Shown here piece by piece: positions 1 through 8,293 of a DNA stretch of 64,000 nt. This DNA comes from Candidatus Latescibacterota bacterium (GTDB taxonomy: Bacteria; Latescibacterota; UBA2968; UBA8231). The stretch spans positions 1,632,001 to 1,696,000 of the forward strand of contig CBDETK010000013.1 of the NCBI GenBank assembly GCA_965242865.1. The letters are read 5' to 3'. The position numbers were made by a program, and so were the translations under genes. Position 1 is the first letter of the stretch. Every line of letters begins with the position of its first letter. Under the pieces are notes generated by a model, which saw nothing but the letters and a program-made list of their open reading frames with translations, was not told the DNA's origin and made no database searches.

Positions 1-1
1 C

Positions 2-598
2 CAGCTAGCGCGCGTAGTCGAGCTGCTGGCCAAGGTCGGGCTGAAGCCGGAAGTGGCCCGGCTCTACCCCCACGAATTGAGCGGCGGCATGAAGCAGCGG
101 GTTTGCATTGCCCAAGCCATCTCGCTCGATCCCCAGCTCATCTTGGCCGACGAGCCGACTTCCGCCCTCGACGTGGTCGTGCAGCGGCAAATCATGCAGA
201 CCTTGCGCCAGCTACAACACCAGCTCAACGCCACCGTGCTCTTGGTGGGCCACGACATGGGCCTGATGGCGCAGTTCGCCGAGCGCGTGGGCATCATGTA
301 CGGCGGCAAGCTGGTTGAGGTGGGCCACGTCGAGGAGATTTTTCACAACCCGCAACACCCCTATACCCAGCTTTTGATTTCGAGCATTCCCTCTTTTGAG
401 ACCAAGGGCGAGTTCAAGGGCATTCCCGGGGTCGCGCTGTCGTTGTTGGACCCGCCGTCGGGTTGCCTCTTCCATCCGCGCTGCCCCCAAGCCATGCCCG
501 CGTGTAGTCGGCGCGCCCCCGTCCTGCAAGCGGTCGCCCCGGACCACTTGGCGTCGTGTTTGTTGCACGAGGAGGACGCAGATGCCCCCGCTTCTTGA
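2..598 (+). CDS. Oligopeptide/dipeptide ABC transporter ATP-binding subunit (OppD/DppD-like), 5' truncated by window edge
   Basis: YPHELSGGMKQR signature, ILADEPTSALD Walker B/D-loop, C-terminal GCLFHPRC...C...C oligo_HPY domain; frame is open back to position 2. Confidence 0.93.
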   Translation, partial: QLARVVELLAKVGLKPEVARLYPHELSGGMKQRVCIAQAISLDPQLILADEPTSALDVVVQRQIMQTLRQLQHQLNATVLLVGHDMGLMAQFAERVGIMYGGKLVEVGHVEEIFHNPQHPYTQLLISSIPSFETKGEFKGIPGVALSLLDPPSGCLFHPRCPQAMPACSRRAPVLQAVAPDHLASCLLHEEDADAPAS

Positions 599-1625
599 GG
601 CGCGCCACCTGCGCAAGGTCTTTCGCAGCGGCGGCCAGCGCTTTGGCGCGAGCACCGAGACCATCGCCGTCGGGGATTTTTCCCTGTCGATCGATGCGAA
701 TCGGCCCTCCTTTACCACCGTTGCCGGCGAGTCGGGCAGCGGCAAGACCACGATCGCCCGCATGTTGCTCGGGGTGCTTGCCCCCAGCGCCGGCGAGGTG
801 CGCTACCAAGGCCGCAACGTCCTCGACCTGCACCCAGAGGAACGGCAGCAGTTCCGCAAGGACGTCCAAGCCATATTTCAAGACCCCTTTGAGGTGTACA
901 ATCCCTTCTACAAGATCGACCACATCTTGACGACGCCGGTGCGGAAGTTCGGGTTGGCCGCGTCCAAGTCCGATGCCTACGACCAAATACGCGAGGCCCT
1001 GCGCGCGGTCGGGCTGCGGCCCGAGGAGACGCTGGGCCGCTACCCCCACCAGCTTTCGGGGGGGCAACGCCAGCGCATCACCATTGCGCGGGCGCTCTTG
1101 CTAAAGCCCAAGCTGATCATCGCCGACGAGCCCGTATCCATGGTGGACGCCTCGCTCCGCGCCACCATTCTCTCCACCCTGCACGCGCTGCATCGCGATT
1201 TCGGCATCTCCTTTATCTACATCACCCACGACCTGACGACCGCGTACCAAGTCAGCGAGAACATCGTCATCCTGTTCCACGGGGCCGTCGCCGAGGCCGG
1301 CCACACCGAGCGCGTGATCAAGCACCCACAGCACCCCTATACGCGCGAGTTGATTCACTCGATTCCAGCGCCCGAGCCCGGGCGGGCGTGGATCGACGAA
1401 GCGGTGGAAGAAAAGGAAGTCGAAGATACCGAGGCCGAGGAGTCCACAGCCGGCTGCCGCTACGTACTGCGCTGCCCTCAAGCCATGGCCCAATGTGGGG
1501 TCGCGCCGCCGTTTTACCGGACGGAGGGCGAGCGAGCCGTGGCTTGTTTTTTGTACGCCGAGTCGCCGGTGCTCGCCAGCGGCGATCTAAACGAAGTGTT
1601 CTCGGCGACCGACGCGAAAAAATAA
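582..1625 (+). CDS. Oligopeptide/dipeptide ABC transporter ATP-binding subunit (OppF/DppF-like)
   Basis: GESGSGKT Walker A, YPHQLSGGQRQR, IIADEP, HPYT and Cys-rich tail; ATG 582 (MPPLLEARHL) overlaps the end of the upstream gene. Confidence 0.93.
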   Translation: MPPLLEARHLRKVFRSGGQRFGASTETIAVGDFSLSIDANRPSFTTVAGESGSGKTTIARMLLGVLAPSAGEVRYQGRNVLDLHPEERQQFRKDVQAIFQDPFEVYNPFYKIDHILTTPVRKFGLAASKSDAYDQIREALRAVGLRPEETLGRYPHQLSGGQRQRITIARALLLKPKLIIADEPVSMVDASLRATILSTLHALHRDFGISFIYITHDLTTAYQVSENIVILFHGAVAEAGHTERVIKHPQHPYTRELIHSIPAPEPGRAWIDEAVEEKEVEDTEAEESTAGCRYVLRCPQAMAQCGVAPPFYRTEGERAVACFLYAESPVLASGDLNEVFSATDAKK

Positions 1626-1642
1626 TTTTCCAAAGGAAGGCC

Positions 1643-3373
1643 ATGCAGAATCTGTTGTTGTGCTTACTAGGCGTACTATGGGTCGGCTGCGGCGATGGAG
1701 GGCACAAAAACGTGCCGCGGACCCGCACCTTAATCATGGATTGTTCGAGCTTGCAGGATTGCAGCGGACAGATTAAGGACTACAACTCGTTTAACCCGTT
1801 TTTGCTGACCGGCGTCTCCAAGACGGGTTGGAACTTCCAGTACGAGCCCCTGTACTTCTACAACGCCTACCACGCGCAAGCCGACAACATCATCCCTTGG
1901 ATCGCCACCGGGCACGAGTACAACCAAGACTACACCGAGGTCGTCATCCACATCCGCGAGGGCGTCGAGTGGAGCGATGGGCAGCCGTGGACGGCGCACG
2001 ATTTGGTCTTTACGATCAACATGCTCAAGGACCACGCGCCCCACTTGTCTTTTTCTACGGACATGCAGACATGGGTACAAAGCGCGGTGGCCACGGACGC
2101 CCACACGGCCAAAATCGCGCTGACCAAACCCAATCCGCGCTTTGTCTTTAGCTACTTCACCAACAATTTCGACAACGGCATCCCCATCGTACCCAAGCAT
2201 ATATGGCAGGGCCAAGACCCGCAGACGTTCAACAACTTCGACGCGGAAAAAGGCTGGCCCGTGGCCAGCGGCCCCTACGAGATTTTCATTTCCGTGCCCG
2301 AACAGCGGGTGTGGGATTTGCGCCCGGGCTGGTGGGCGGAGAAAACGGGTTTTCGCCAGCCCCCGGCCGTGCAGCGCATCATCTACCTGACGCACATGGA
2401 AGAGACCAAGCGGGTGCAGAACTTGATCTCCAACGCCATGGACACCAGCCTCGACATCCGGCCGCCGAACATCCAGTCGATCCTCGACGCCAATCCCCAG
2501 GTCTCTACGTGGACCGGGCGCGCGTTGCCGCACGGGTATCTCGACTGGTGGCCGGTGTGCTTGGGGTTCAACAACTTGGAGCCGCCGTTTGACGACCCGG
2601 AGATTCGCCGCGCCATCAACTACGCCATCGACCGCGACCAGTTGGTGGCCATTGGCTGGCAGGGGGCCGGGACCAAATCGCATCTGCCGCTGCCGGACTT
2701 CCCGCCCATCCGCCAATACACCGCCCCGATCCAAGACTTAGTGGAAAAGTACGAGATCGGCGTCCACGACCCGGCCAAGGCCGCGGCGATTATGGAGCGC
2801 AAGGGGTGGGCCAAGGACGCCGCGGGGTTTTGGGCTAAAGGGGGCGAGCGGCTCAAAATCGTCATCGACATTTTCGACATTTTTACGGACTTGGCGCCGG
2901 TGTTGGTGGCGCAGTTGGAGCGGGTGGGTTTTGACGCGGACTTCCGCATGACGCCCGATGCGTTTTCGCGTATGGCGCAGGGCGCGGCGCGGGCCTTTTT
3001 GATGGGCAATGGCGCGAGCGTGCGCGATCCGTACTTCACCCTGCGGCTCTACCACAGCCGCTTCGTCCGGCCCACCGGCACGCACTCCGAGCGGTTTTGG
3101 CGCTGGTCGAATCCGGCGTTTGACTCACTGGTCGATCAGATGGGGCAGACCGCGCCCGACGACCCGGCGCTGCAAACGCTCTTCCGCGCGGCCATGGAAA
3201 TCTGGCTGGCCGAGCTGCCTTCCATTCCCCTCGTGCAGTGGTATCACCGCATCCCGCACAACCAGACCTACTGGACAAACTGGCCGTCGGCAGAAAACCC
3301 CTACATCAACAGCGCCTACTGGCACAACACGTGGCTGTTGGTGCTGCTGGGGTTGAAGCCGGTGGCGGGGTAG
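1643..3373 (+). CDS. ABC transporter substrate-binding lipoprotein, family 5
   Basis: GGAAGG RBS before ATG 1643; lipobox-like WVG-C; family 5 motifs IREGVEWSDGQPWTAHDLVFT and PFDDPEIRRAINYAIDR. Confidence 0.9.
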   Translation: MQNLLLCLLGVLWVGCGDGGHKNVPRTRTLIMDCSSLQDCSGQIKDYNSFNPFLLTGVSKTGWNFQYEPLYFYNAYHAQADNIIPWIATGHEYNQDYTEVVIHIREGVEWSDGQPWTAHDLVFTINMLKDHAPHLSFSTDMQTWVQSAVATDAHTAKIALTKPNPRFVFSYFTNNFDNGIPIVPKHIWQGQDPQTFNNFDAEKGWPVASGPYEIFISVPEQRVWDLRPGWWAEKTGFRQPPAVQRIIYLTHMEETKRVQNLISNAMDTSLDIRPPNIQSILDANPQVSTWTGRALPHGYLDWWPVCLGFNNLEPPFDDPEIRRAINYAIDRDQLVAIGWQGAGTKSHLPLPDFPPIRQYTAPIQDLVEKYEIGVHDPAKAAAIMERKGWAKDAAGFWAKGGERLKIVIDIFDIFTDLAPVLVAQLERVGFDADFRMTPDAFSRMAQGAARAFLMGNGASVRDPYFTLRLYHSRFVRPTGTHSERFWRWSNPAFDSLVDQMGQTAPDDPALQTLFRAAMEIWLAELPSIPLVQWYHRIPHNQTYWTNWPSAENPYINSAYWHNTWLLVLLGLKPVAG

Positions 3374-3426
3374 GAGCGATCGAGCAATCGTCATTTGCCA
3401 ACGGCTGTGATCACAAGGAGAACCAC

Positions 3427-4302
3427 ATGCGCTATCGGCGATTTGGACGCACCCAATTGCAGGTGAGCGCGGTCAGCTTGGGCGGGGCCTATTTGGGGGG
3501 CCAGGACCCGGAGCGCGCCGAGGAAAACGCTCGGGCGATTGTGCGGCGCGCTCTGGACTTGGGCTGCAATTACATCGACACGGCCCCGCTCTACGGGGCG
3601 AGCGAAGCGCTGCTGGGCAAGGCACTGGCCGGGGAGTGCCGCCCCTTTTACTTGGCGACCAAAGTCGGGTTTAAGCCGGAAGGCTTTGACTATCGGCGCG
3701 ATTCGGTCGTGCAGAGCTTGGAACGCAGCTTGGCATTGCTGGGCCAAGCCAAGCTCACAGTGGCGCAAATCCACGAGGTAAACCTAGCGGGTTGGGAGCG
3801 AATCGTGGAAAAGGGCGGGACGTTGGAGGGCTTGCGCGCCGCGCAAAAACAGGGGCTGTGCGATTTTATCGGCGTGACGGGCCGGGCCATCCCCCTGTTG
3901 GCGCGGCTGGCCGCGACCGGCGAATTCGACGCGGTGCTGTGCTACCACGACTACCATCCCTGTGTGCCGTTGGCAGCCGAGGCGGTCTTGCCGGCCGCCG
4001 CGCAAAGCGATATGGGCGTGGTGCTGGCGACGGTGCTGGCCGGGGGGCTGTACGTGGCGGGCGCGGGACAGCAAGCGGCCGTGGCGCGGCGGTTTGAGCG
4101 TGCGGAAGAGCGGCGGCGAGCGTGGGCGACGATTGCGCGGCTGGAGCAGGAGGAATCCACTTTGCCGCAGAGCGCGTTTCGCTGGGTCTTGGCCGACGAG
4201 CGGGTCTCGACCGTAGCCAGCGGCGCGGCGAGCGTGGCCGAGCTAGCAGAAGTGGCGCAGGCCGGAGATATGACGCCGCTGATTAGGGACTGCGTTGAGT
4301 AG
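3427..4302 (+). CDS. Aldo/keto reductase
   Basis: AAGGAG RBS; MRYRRFGRTQLQVSAVSLG, YIDTAPLYG, LATKVG, IHE catalytic motifs. Confidence 0.9.
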   Translation: MRYRRFGRTQLQVSAVSLGGAYLGGQDPERAEENARAIVRRALDLGCNYIDTAPLYGASEALLGKALAGECRPFYLATKVGFKPEGFDYRRDSVVQSLERSLALLGQAKLTVAQIHEVNLAGWERIVEKGGTLEGLRAAQKQGLCDFIGVTGRAIPLLARLAATGEFDAVLCYHDYHPCVPLAAEAVLPAAAQSDMGVVLATVLAGGLYVAGAGQQAAVARRFERAEERRRAWATIARLEQEESTLPQSAFRWVLADERVSTVASGAASVAELAEVAQAGDMTPLIRDCVE

Positions 4303-4369
4303 CGGCCGAGAAGCGTTGATCCGCGCCGACCTCATTCGACAAGCATGGAATCATATACTAGGATTTTGG

Positions 4370-6553
4370 ATGGCAATGTTATATTATTTTCATAAGTCGT
4401 TGAAAAACAATAACTTACCCCCCCCCCCCCGAAAAATCCGCTCCCGAGTTTCGCTACTTGCTCTCTTGCTCATGCTGTTGGCTGCCGCGAGCGGCGTGTA
4501 CGCCGAAAGCCTCCTCGACAAGACGGAAGCCCTCGATACGCCTACCGAAGTCGCCGTGAGTGCTGCCGACAGACGCCTGACCGTCGCTTGGCGCGAAGTC
4601 CCCGGCGCAACCAGTTACAAGGTCGCGGTCCGACCGAAAAACCAACTCGTCCCCGCTTGGAGCGAATACACCACGCCCTCCTCGCCCTATATCATCGCGG
4701 ATCGGTGGGCGATGAGCGGGATGGAGTATGAGGTTCGGGTGGCCGTGGTCAACGCCGAGGGGCCGTCCGAGTGGTCGGCCCCGGTTGCGATAACAGCCCC
4801 CGCGCTCCAAGCGGCCCCAGCCGATGCGATTGGAAGCTCCCTGCCCCCGTATTTTGTAGGAGAATTCATAACGGTCGGCTTGGACAGCCAGTATCCAGTT
4901 GCGAACCGGTCGCCGTTTTATTGGTCTATTTGCAACGCCGACGGAGCCGGGTGCAAGCTGTTGCCGAATCAGGAGAATTGGAAGTGCTTTACGACGCCCG
5001 AAATGCAAGGGAAGCGCGTATCGGTTCAGATAGACTATGACAAGGATGGGGTGTCGTACTCGGCGACAGCGGTGGTGGGCGTCGTCGGCGCCGCCCGAAC
5101 CCGGACACTTACGACGCACTTATATGCTCTGGATCTCAATGGGGTCTATTTCCGCTCATTAGATGGTGCGTACGGCGGTGCCATCGCGCTGTTGGGCAGT
5201 GAGTTGCTCATGGCAACGCCGTGGGGAAAGCTCGCGCTGGTGCGCCCAACCCGGGAGGTGGCCTATCTCGAGGGGAACGTGCCGATGAATAGGGAGGAAC
5301 TCCAAGCGCACCCGGACAAAGCAGATTTCAGACCGGACGAGTTTCGAGTGGCCGACATTTTGTTGAAACAGCACTCGGCGGGGCGGTATGACCTGTTTGT
5401 GACGCATCACTACTTCACGGGCGAGTGCATCCGCTTCCGGTTGTCCGCTACGACGCTTCTTTTTGCAGGCGCGGATGTGTCGGTCTCGCCAGCGTGGAGG
5501 ACGATCTTTGATGCGGAGCCTTGCCTGAGTGCTGCATCCGAGCAAGCGGGCGGCCGGATGGTAACGGATGGTCCCGACCACTTGTTGGTCGTAATTGGCG
5601 ATCATTATAGGCATCCCTCCCCCGCTCAAGACCCAAACTCGCACTTAGGCAAGCTCGTCCGCATCGAAATCGAGACCGGCCGGGCGTTGACCCTGGCTTG
5701 GGGCCTCCGCAATCCGCAAGGGCTGACCCGGGACGTGGCCGGCACCGTGTGGGAAACCGAGCACGGACCGCGCGGCGGCGATGAACTCAATGTGCTGGAA
5801 CTGGGCGGCAATTACGGCTGGCCGCAGGTTACCTATGGCATGGGATATTTTAGAGAAGTTCTCGTGCCCAACGCCGAAGAGGCGGGGTTCCACGATGGCT
5901 TTATAAAGCCCGTTTTCGCGTGGGTGCCGTCCATCGGCATCTCCAACCTCGTCGTCAATGACGCCCGCTGGTTCCCGCTGTGGAAAGACGACCTGCTGAT
6001 CAGTTCGCTTGCCGGTCACGCGCTCTTTCGAGCCCGCCGCCACGGTACGGATGTACAATACGTCGAGCGCATTGACATTGGCGACCGGATCCGGGATCTC
6101 GCGCAGATGCCGGACGGGCGCATCGCGCTGTTAGCCGATGATGGACGAGTCTATTTCCTGAGCCGATCCTACGCCTACTGCAACGACGAGAATACGTTGA
6201 ACCGCAAGGTCTATGCGGTTGACTGCGCGGATACGGCGGGTACGGGCGTGGCGACTGGTGCTCAATTATACAGCATGCATTGCAGCGGTTGTCATAGCCT
6301 GACTGCCGAGGAGCACGGCATCGGTCCGCATCTGGTCGGCGTGGTTGGGCGGCGCATCGGCTCGGTGGGCGGCTACCTGTTTTCAGACGCACTCCGCGCA
6401 CGAGACGAGGTGTGGACGCCAGCCGGCTTGGAACGGTTTCTCGCCAATCCCAAGCAGTTTGCCCCGGGCACATCCAAGTCGTCGTTGAACATCACCCCAG
6501 CCGAAGCCCGTGCCATCGCCGACTTCATCGGGGGCACTCGCGAGCGTAGATAG
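4370..6553 (+). CDS. Secreted FN3 + PQQ-dependent glucose/sorbosone dehydrogenase-family + class I cytochrome c fusion protein
   Basis: Signal peptide (LLALLLMLLAAASGVYA); FN3 (PTEV...LTVAW...YEVRVAVVNAEGPSEWS); GSDH motifs GLRNPQG, EHGPRGGDELN, NYGWP, RIRD; CSGCH heme motif then GPHLVGVVGR. Start uncertain (4370 or 4376). Confidence 0.85.
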   Translation: MAMLYYFHKSLKNNNLPPPPRKIRSRVSLLALLLMLLAAASGVYAESLLDKTEALDTPTEVAVSAADRRLTVAWREVPGATSYKVAVRPKNQLVPAWSEYTTPSSPYIIADRWAMSGMEYEVRVAVVNAEGPSEWSAPVAITAPALQAAPADAIGSSLPPYFVGEFITVGLDSQYPVANRSPFYWSICNADGAGCKLLPNQENWKCFTTPEMQGKRVSVQIDYDKDGVSYSATAVVGVVGAARTRTLTTHLYALDLNGVYFRSLDGAYGGAIALLGSELLMATPWGKLALVRPTREVAYLEGNVPMNREELQAHPDKADFRPDEFRVADILLKQHSAGRYDLFVTHHYFTGECIRFRLSATTLLFAGADVSVSPAWRTIFDAEPCLSAASEQAGGRMVTDGPDHLLVVIGDHYRHPSPAQDPNSHLGKLVRIEIETGRALTLAWGLRNPQGLTRDVAGTVWETEHGPRGGDELNVLELGGNYGWPQVTYGMGYFREVLVPNAEEAGFHDGFIKPVFAWVPSIGISNLVVNDARWFPLWKDDLLISSLAGHALFRARRHGTDVQYVERIDIGDRIRDLAQMPDGRIALLADDGRVYFLSRSYAYCNDENTLNRKVYAVDCADTAGTGVATGAQLYSMHCSGCHSLTAEEHGIGPHLVGVVGRRIGSVGGYLFSDALRARDEVWTPAGLERFLANPKQFAPGTSKSSLNITPAEARAIADFIGGTRERR
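4393..4430. repeat. Imperfect inverted repeat (taagtcgttg-N5-caataactta) followed directly by a C13 homopolymer (4418-4430)
   Basis: Read directly from sequence: arms match 8/10; 13 consecutive C encode PPPP in the N-terminal region. Confidence 0.9.
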
Positions 6554-6560
6554 GCCGCGC

Positions 6561-6950
6561 TCAGAGCTTTATGACGGCGATGAGGACGCCAGTGATGGCC
6601 ACCAACGTGCCCATCATCCACAGAAAATAGGTGCCCATGCGCTTGTGAACGGCGCGAATCTGCTCGCTCAATGCGCGGTTGGTCTCGTCGATGCGCTTGT
6701 GGACGACTCCTATTTCGGCGTACAGCGCTTGAATGTCGTCGTGCGATTGAGCGCGTAAAGCTTGAATATCATCGTGCGATTGGGTGCGTAGCGCTTGAAT
6801 ATCGTCGCGCGACTGAATGCGCAGGGCTTGAATATCGTTGTGCGATTGGATGCGCAGGGCTTGAATGTCGTCGTGCAGATAGCTAATGCTCCAAGGCATT
6901 TCTTCGGGAGCGGGGATCGCACGGGTTTGCGGATCAGTGCTTTCGCTCAT
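6561..6950 (-). CDS. Small coiled-coil protein with 11-aa repeats and a C-terminal transmembrane helix (CCDC90/DUF1640-like architecture)
   Basis: AGGAG RBS; five HDDIQALRxQS-type units; hydrophobic end FLWMMGTLVAITGVLIAVIKL. Confidence 0.75.
   Translation of the reverse strand: MSESTDPQTRAIPAPEEMPWSISYLHDDIQALRIQSHNDIQALRIQSRDDIQALRTQSHDDIQALRAQSHDDIQALYAEIGVVHKRIDETNRALSEQIRAVHKRMGTYFLWMMGTLVAITGVLIAVIKL
6723..6876. repeat. 33-bp coding tandem repeat, about 4.7 copies
   Basis: gcttgaat recurs at 6727, 6760, 6793, 6826, 6859. Confidence 0.95.
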
Positions 6951-7131
6951 GGCCGGGCTCCTAAGTTAGGCGAGGGTGGGACAAATATAAACCGAGTGCT
7001 AAAAACCACCTAACAACTGCAATATCCATGCCAGCACTGATAGTCGTCTGCTAAGGCGGCTCGTGCTCGGCGCGAACTGTGTCCAACAATACCCACCAAT
7101 GGATACTAAAAGACCCTAACCGCTCTCCACC

Positions 7132-8184
7132 TTAAATCCAGCCGTGCTGGCCGGTCACGGGCGCGCCGGACGTCTGGGCCTGCCAGTGCGGGCTGCCGCC
7201 TATTTCGACCTCGCGGCCGGTGAGGGACGAGGCTTCGGCCGCGAAGAGGATTTCCATGATGTGCCGCCCGTATTGGCCGTGGGTCGGCGGCTCAAGGTCG
7301 AGCGCGATGGCCTCGGCAAACCGCTGCCACTCGTGGTACATCTCGGTCGGCGCGTCCGCAAACGGGACGTCTTCCCACTGATCGCCGCGACCTATTTTAA
7401 CGTACCGCTCGCCGTGCTGGCTAAAGCGCAACGAGCCGTTGGCGCAAATCACTTGGCATTCAAAATTCGGCGCTCCGTCGGCGTAGCCCACGGCCACGGC
7501 CGTGCCGGCGAGGCCGTTCTTGTAGCGGATGAAGGCCGTGGCTGAATCGTCGCCGGCTTGGTAGTGAGCGCGGGTGCCAATGGCGGCCGACACCGACGCG
7601 GCTTGCGAAGCCATGACCCAGGTGAGCCGATCGACCACGTGGACCCCGTTGGTCAACCACATGCCGCCGCCGTGGAAGCGGCTGCGGTATTGGGGCCGGC
7701 GGCCGGCGAAATTCCAATTCTTCGACATGTAGCTAACCGCTGTAATCACCGGGCCGAGTTGGCCGGAGTCGAGGATTTCCTTGGCCTTGAGGCTCGTGCT
7801 GTAAAAGTGCTGCGATAGCCCGACCATCAGCTTGACCTCGTGTTCGGCGGCCGCGGCGACCATGGCGTCGCATTGCGCTAGGCTGATGGCCATGGGCTTT
7901 TCGACGAGCACGTGCTTGCCGGCGCGGCAGGCGTCGATGGTGAGCTGGTGGTGCAACTGGTGCCCCAGCACGATGGCGACCGCGTCGACGTCGTCATCCT
8001 GCAAGAGGTCGCGGTGGGTGGAATAGCCCTTGGGGATGTGGTAGCGATCCATGAACTCGCGCCGCTTCTCCGCGAACAAATCGGCCACCGCGACGACTTC
8101 TACTGGGTCGAGCTGGGCGATTGAATCGCAGTGGGAACGGGCGATGCCGCCGAGGCCAATGATGCCGACTTTGAGTGCTGCCAT
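7132..8184 (-). CDS. Gfo/Idh/MocA family oxidoreductase
   Basis: KVGIIGLGGIA Rossmann motif, GKHVLVEKPMA, GGG...NGVHVVD. Confidence 0.92.
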   Translation of the reverse strand: MAALKVGIIGLGGIARSHCDSIAQLDPVEVVAVADLFAEKRREFMDRYHIPKGYSTHRDLLQDDDVDAVAIVLGHQLHHQLTIDACRAGKHVLVEKPMAISLAQCDAMVAAAAEHEVKLMVGLSQHFYSTSLKAKEILDSGQLGPVITAVSYMSKNWNFAGRRPQYRSRFHGGGMWLTNGVHVVDRLTWVMASQAASVSAAIGTRAHYQAGDDSATAFIRYKNGLAGTAVAVGYADGAPNFECQVICANGSLRFSQHGERYVKIGRGDQWEDVPFADAPTEMYHEWQRFAEAIALDLEPPTHGQYGRHIMEILFAAEASSLTGREVEIGGSPHWQAQTSGAPVTGQHGWI

Positions 8185-8293
8185 GAGGGTATCCTTTGAG
8201 TGAATGGAGGGGCACTAAGTATAGGCTGGGGCGTGGCCGGCGACAACGTGCCGCGCATTTGCGCCGCGATACACAATGTCCTAAGATGCTCTA

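Noticed and set aside
6723-6876. Regular repeats resembling a CRISPR array
   Set aside because: Contiguous 33-bp in-frame coding repeats with no unique spacers and no cas genes.
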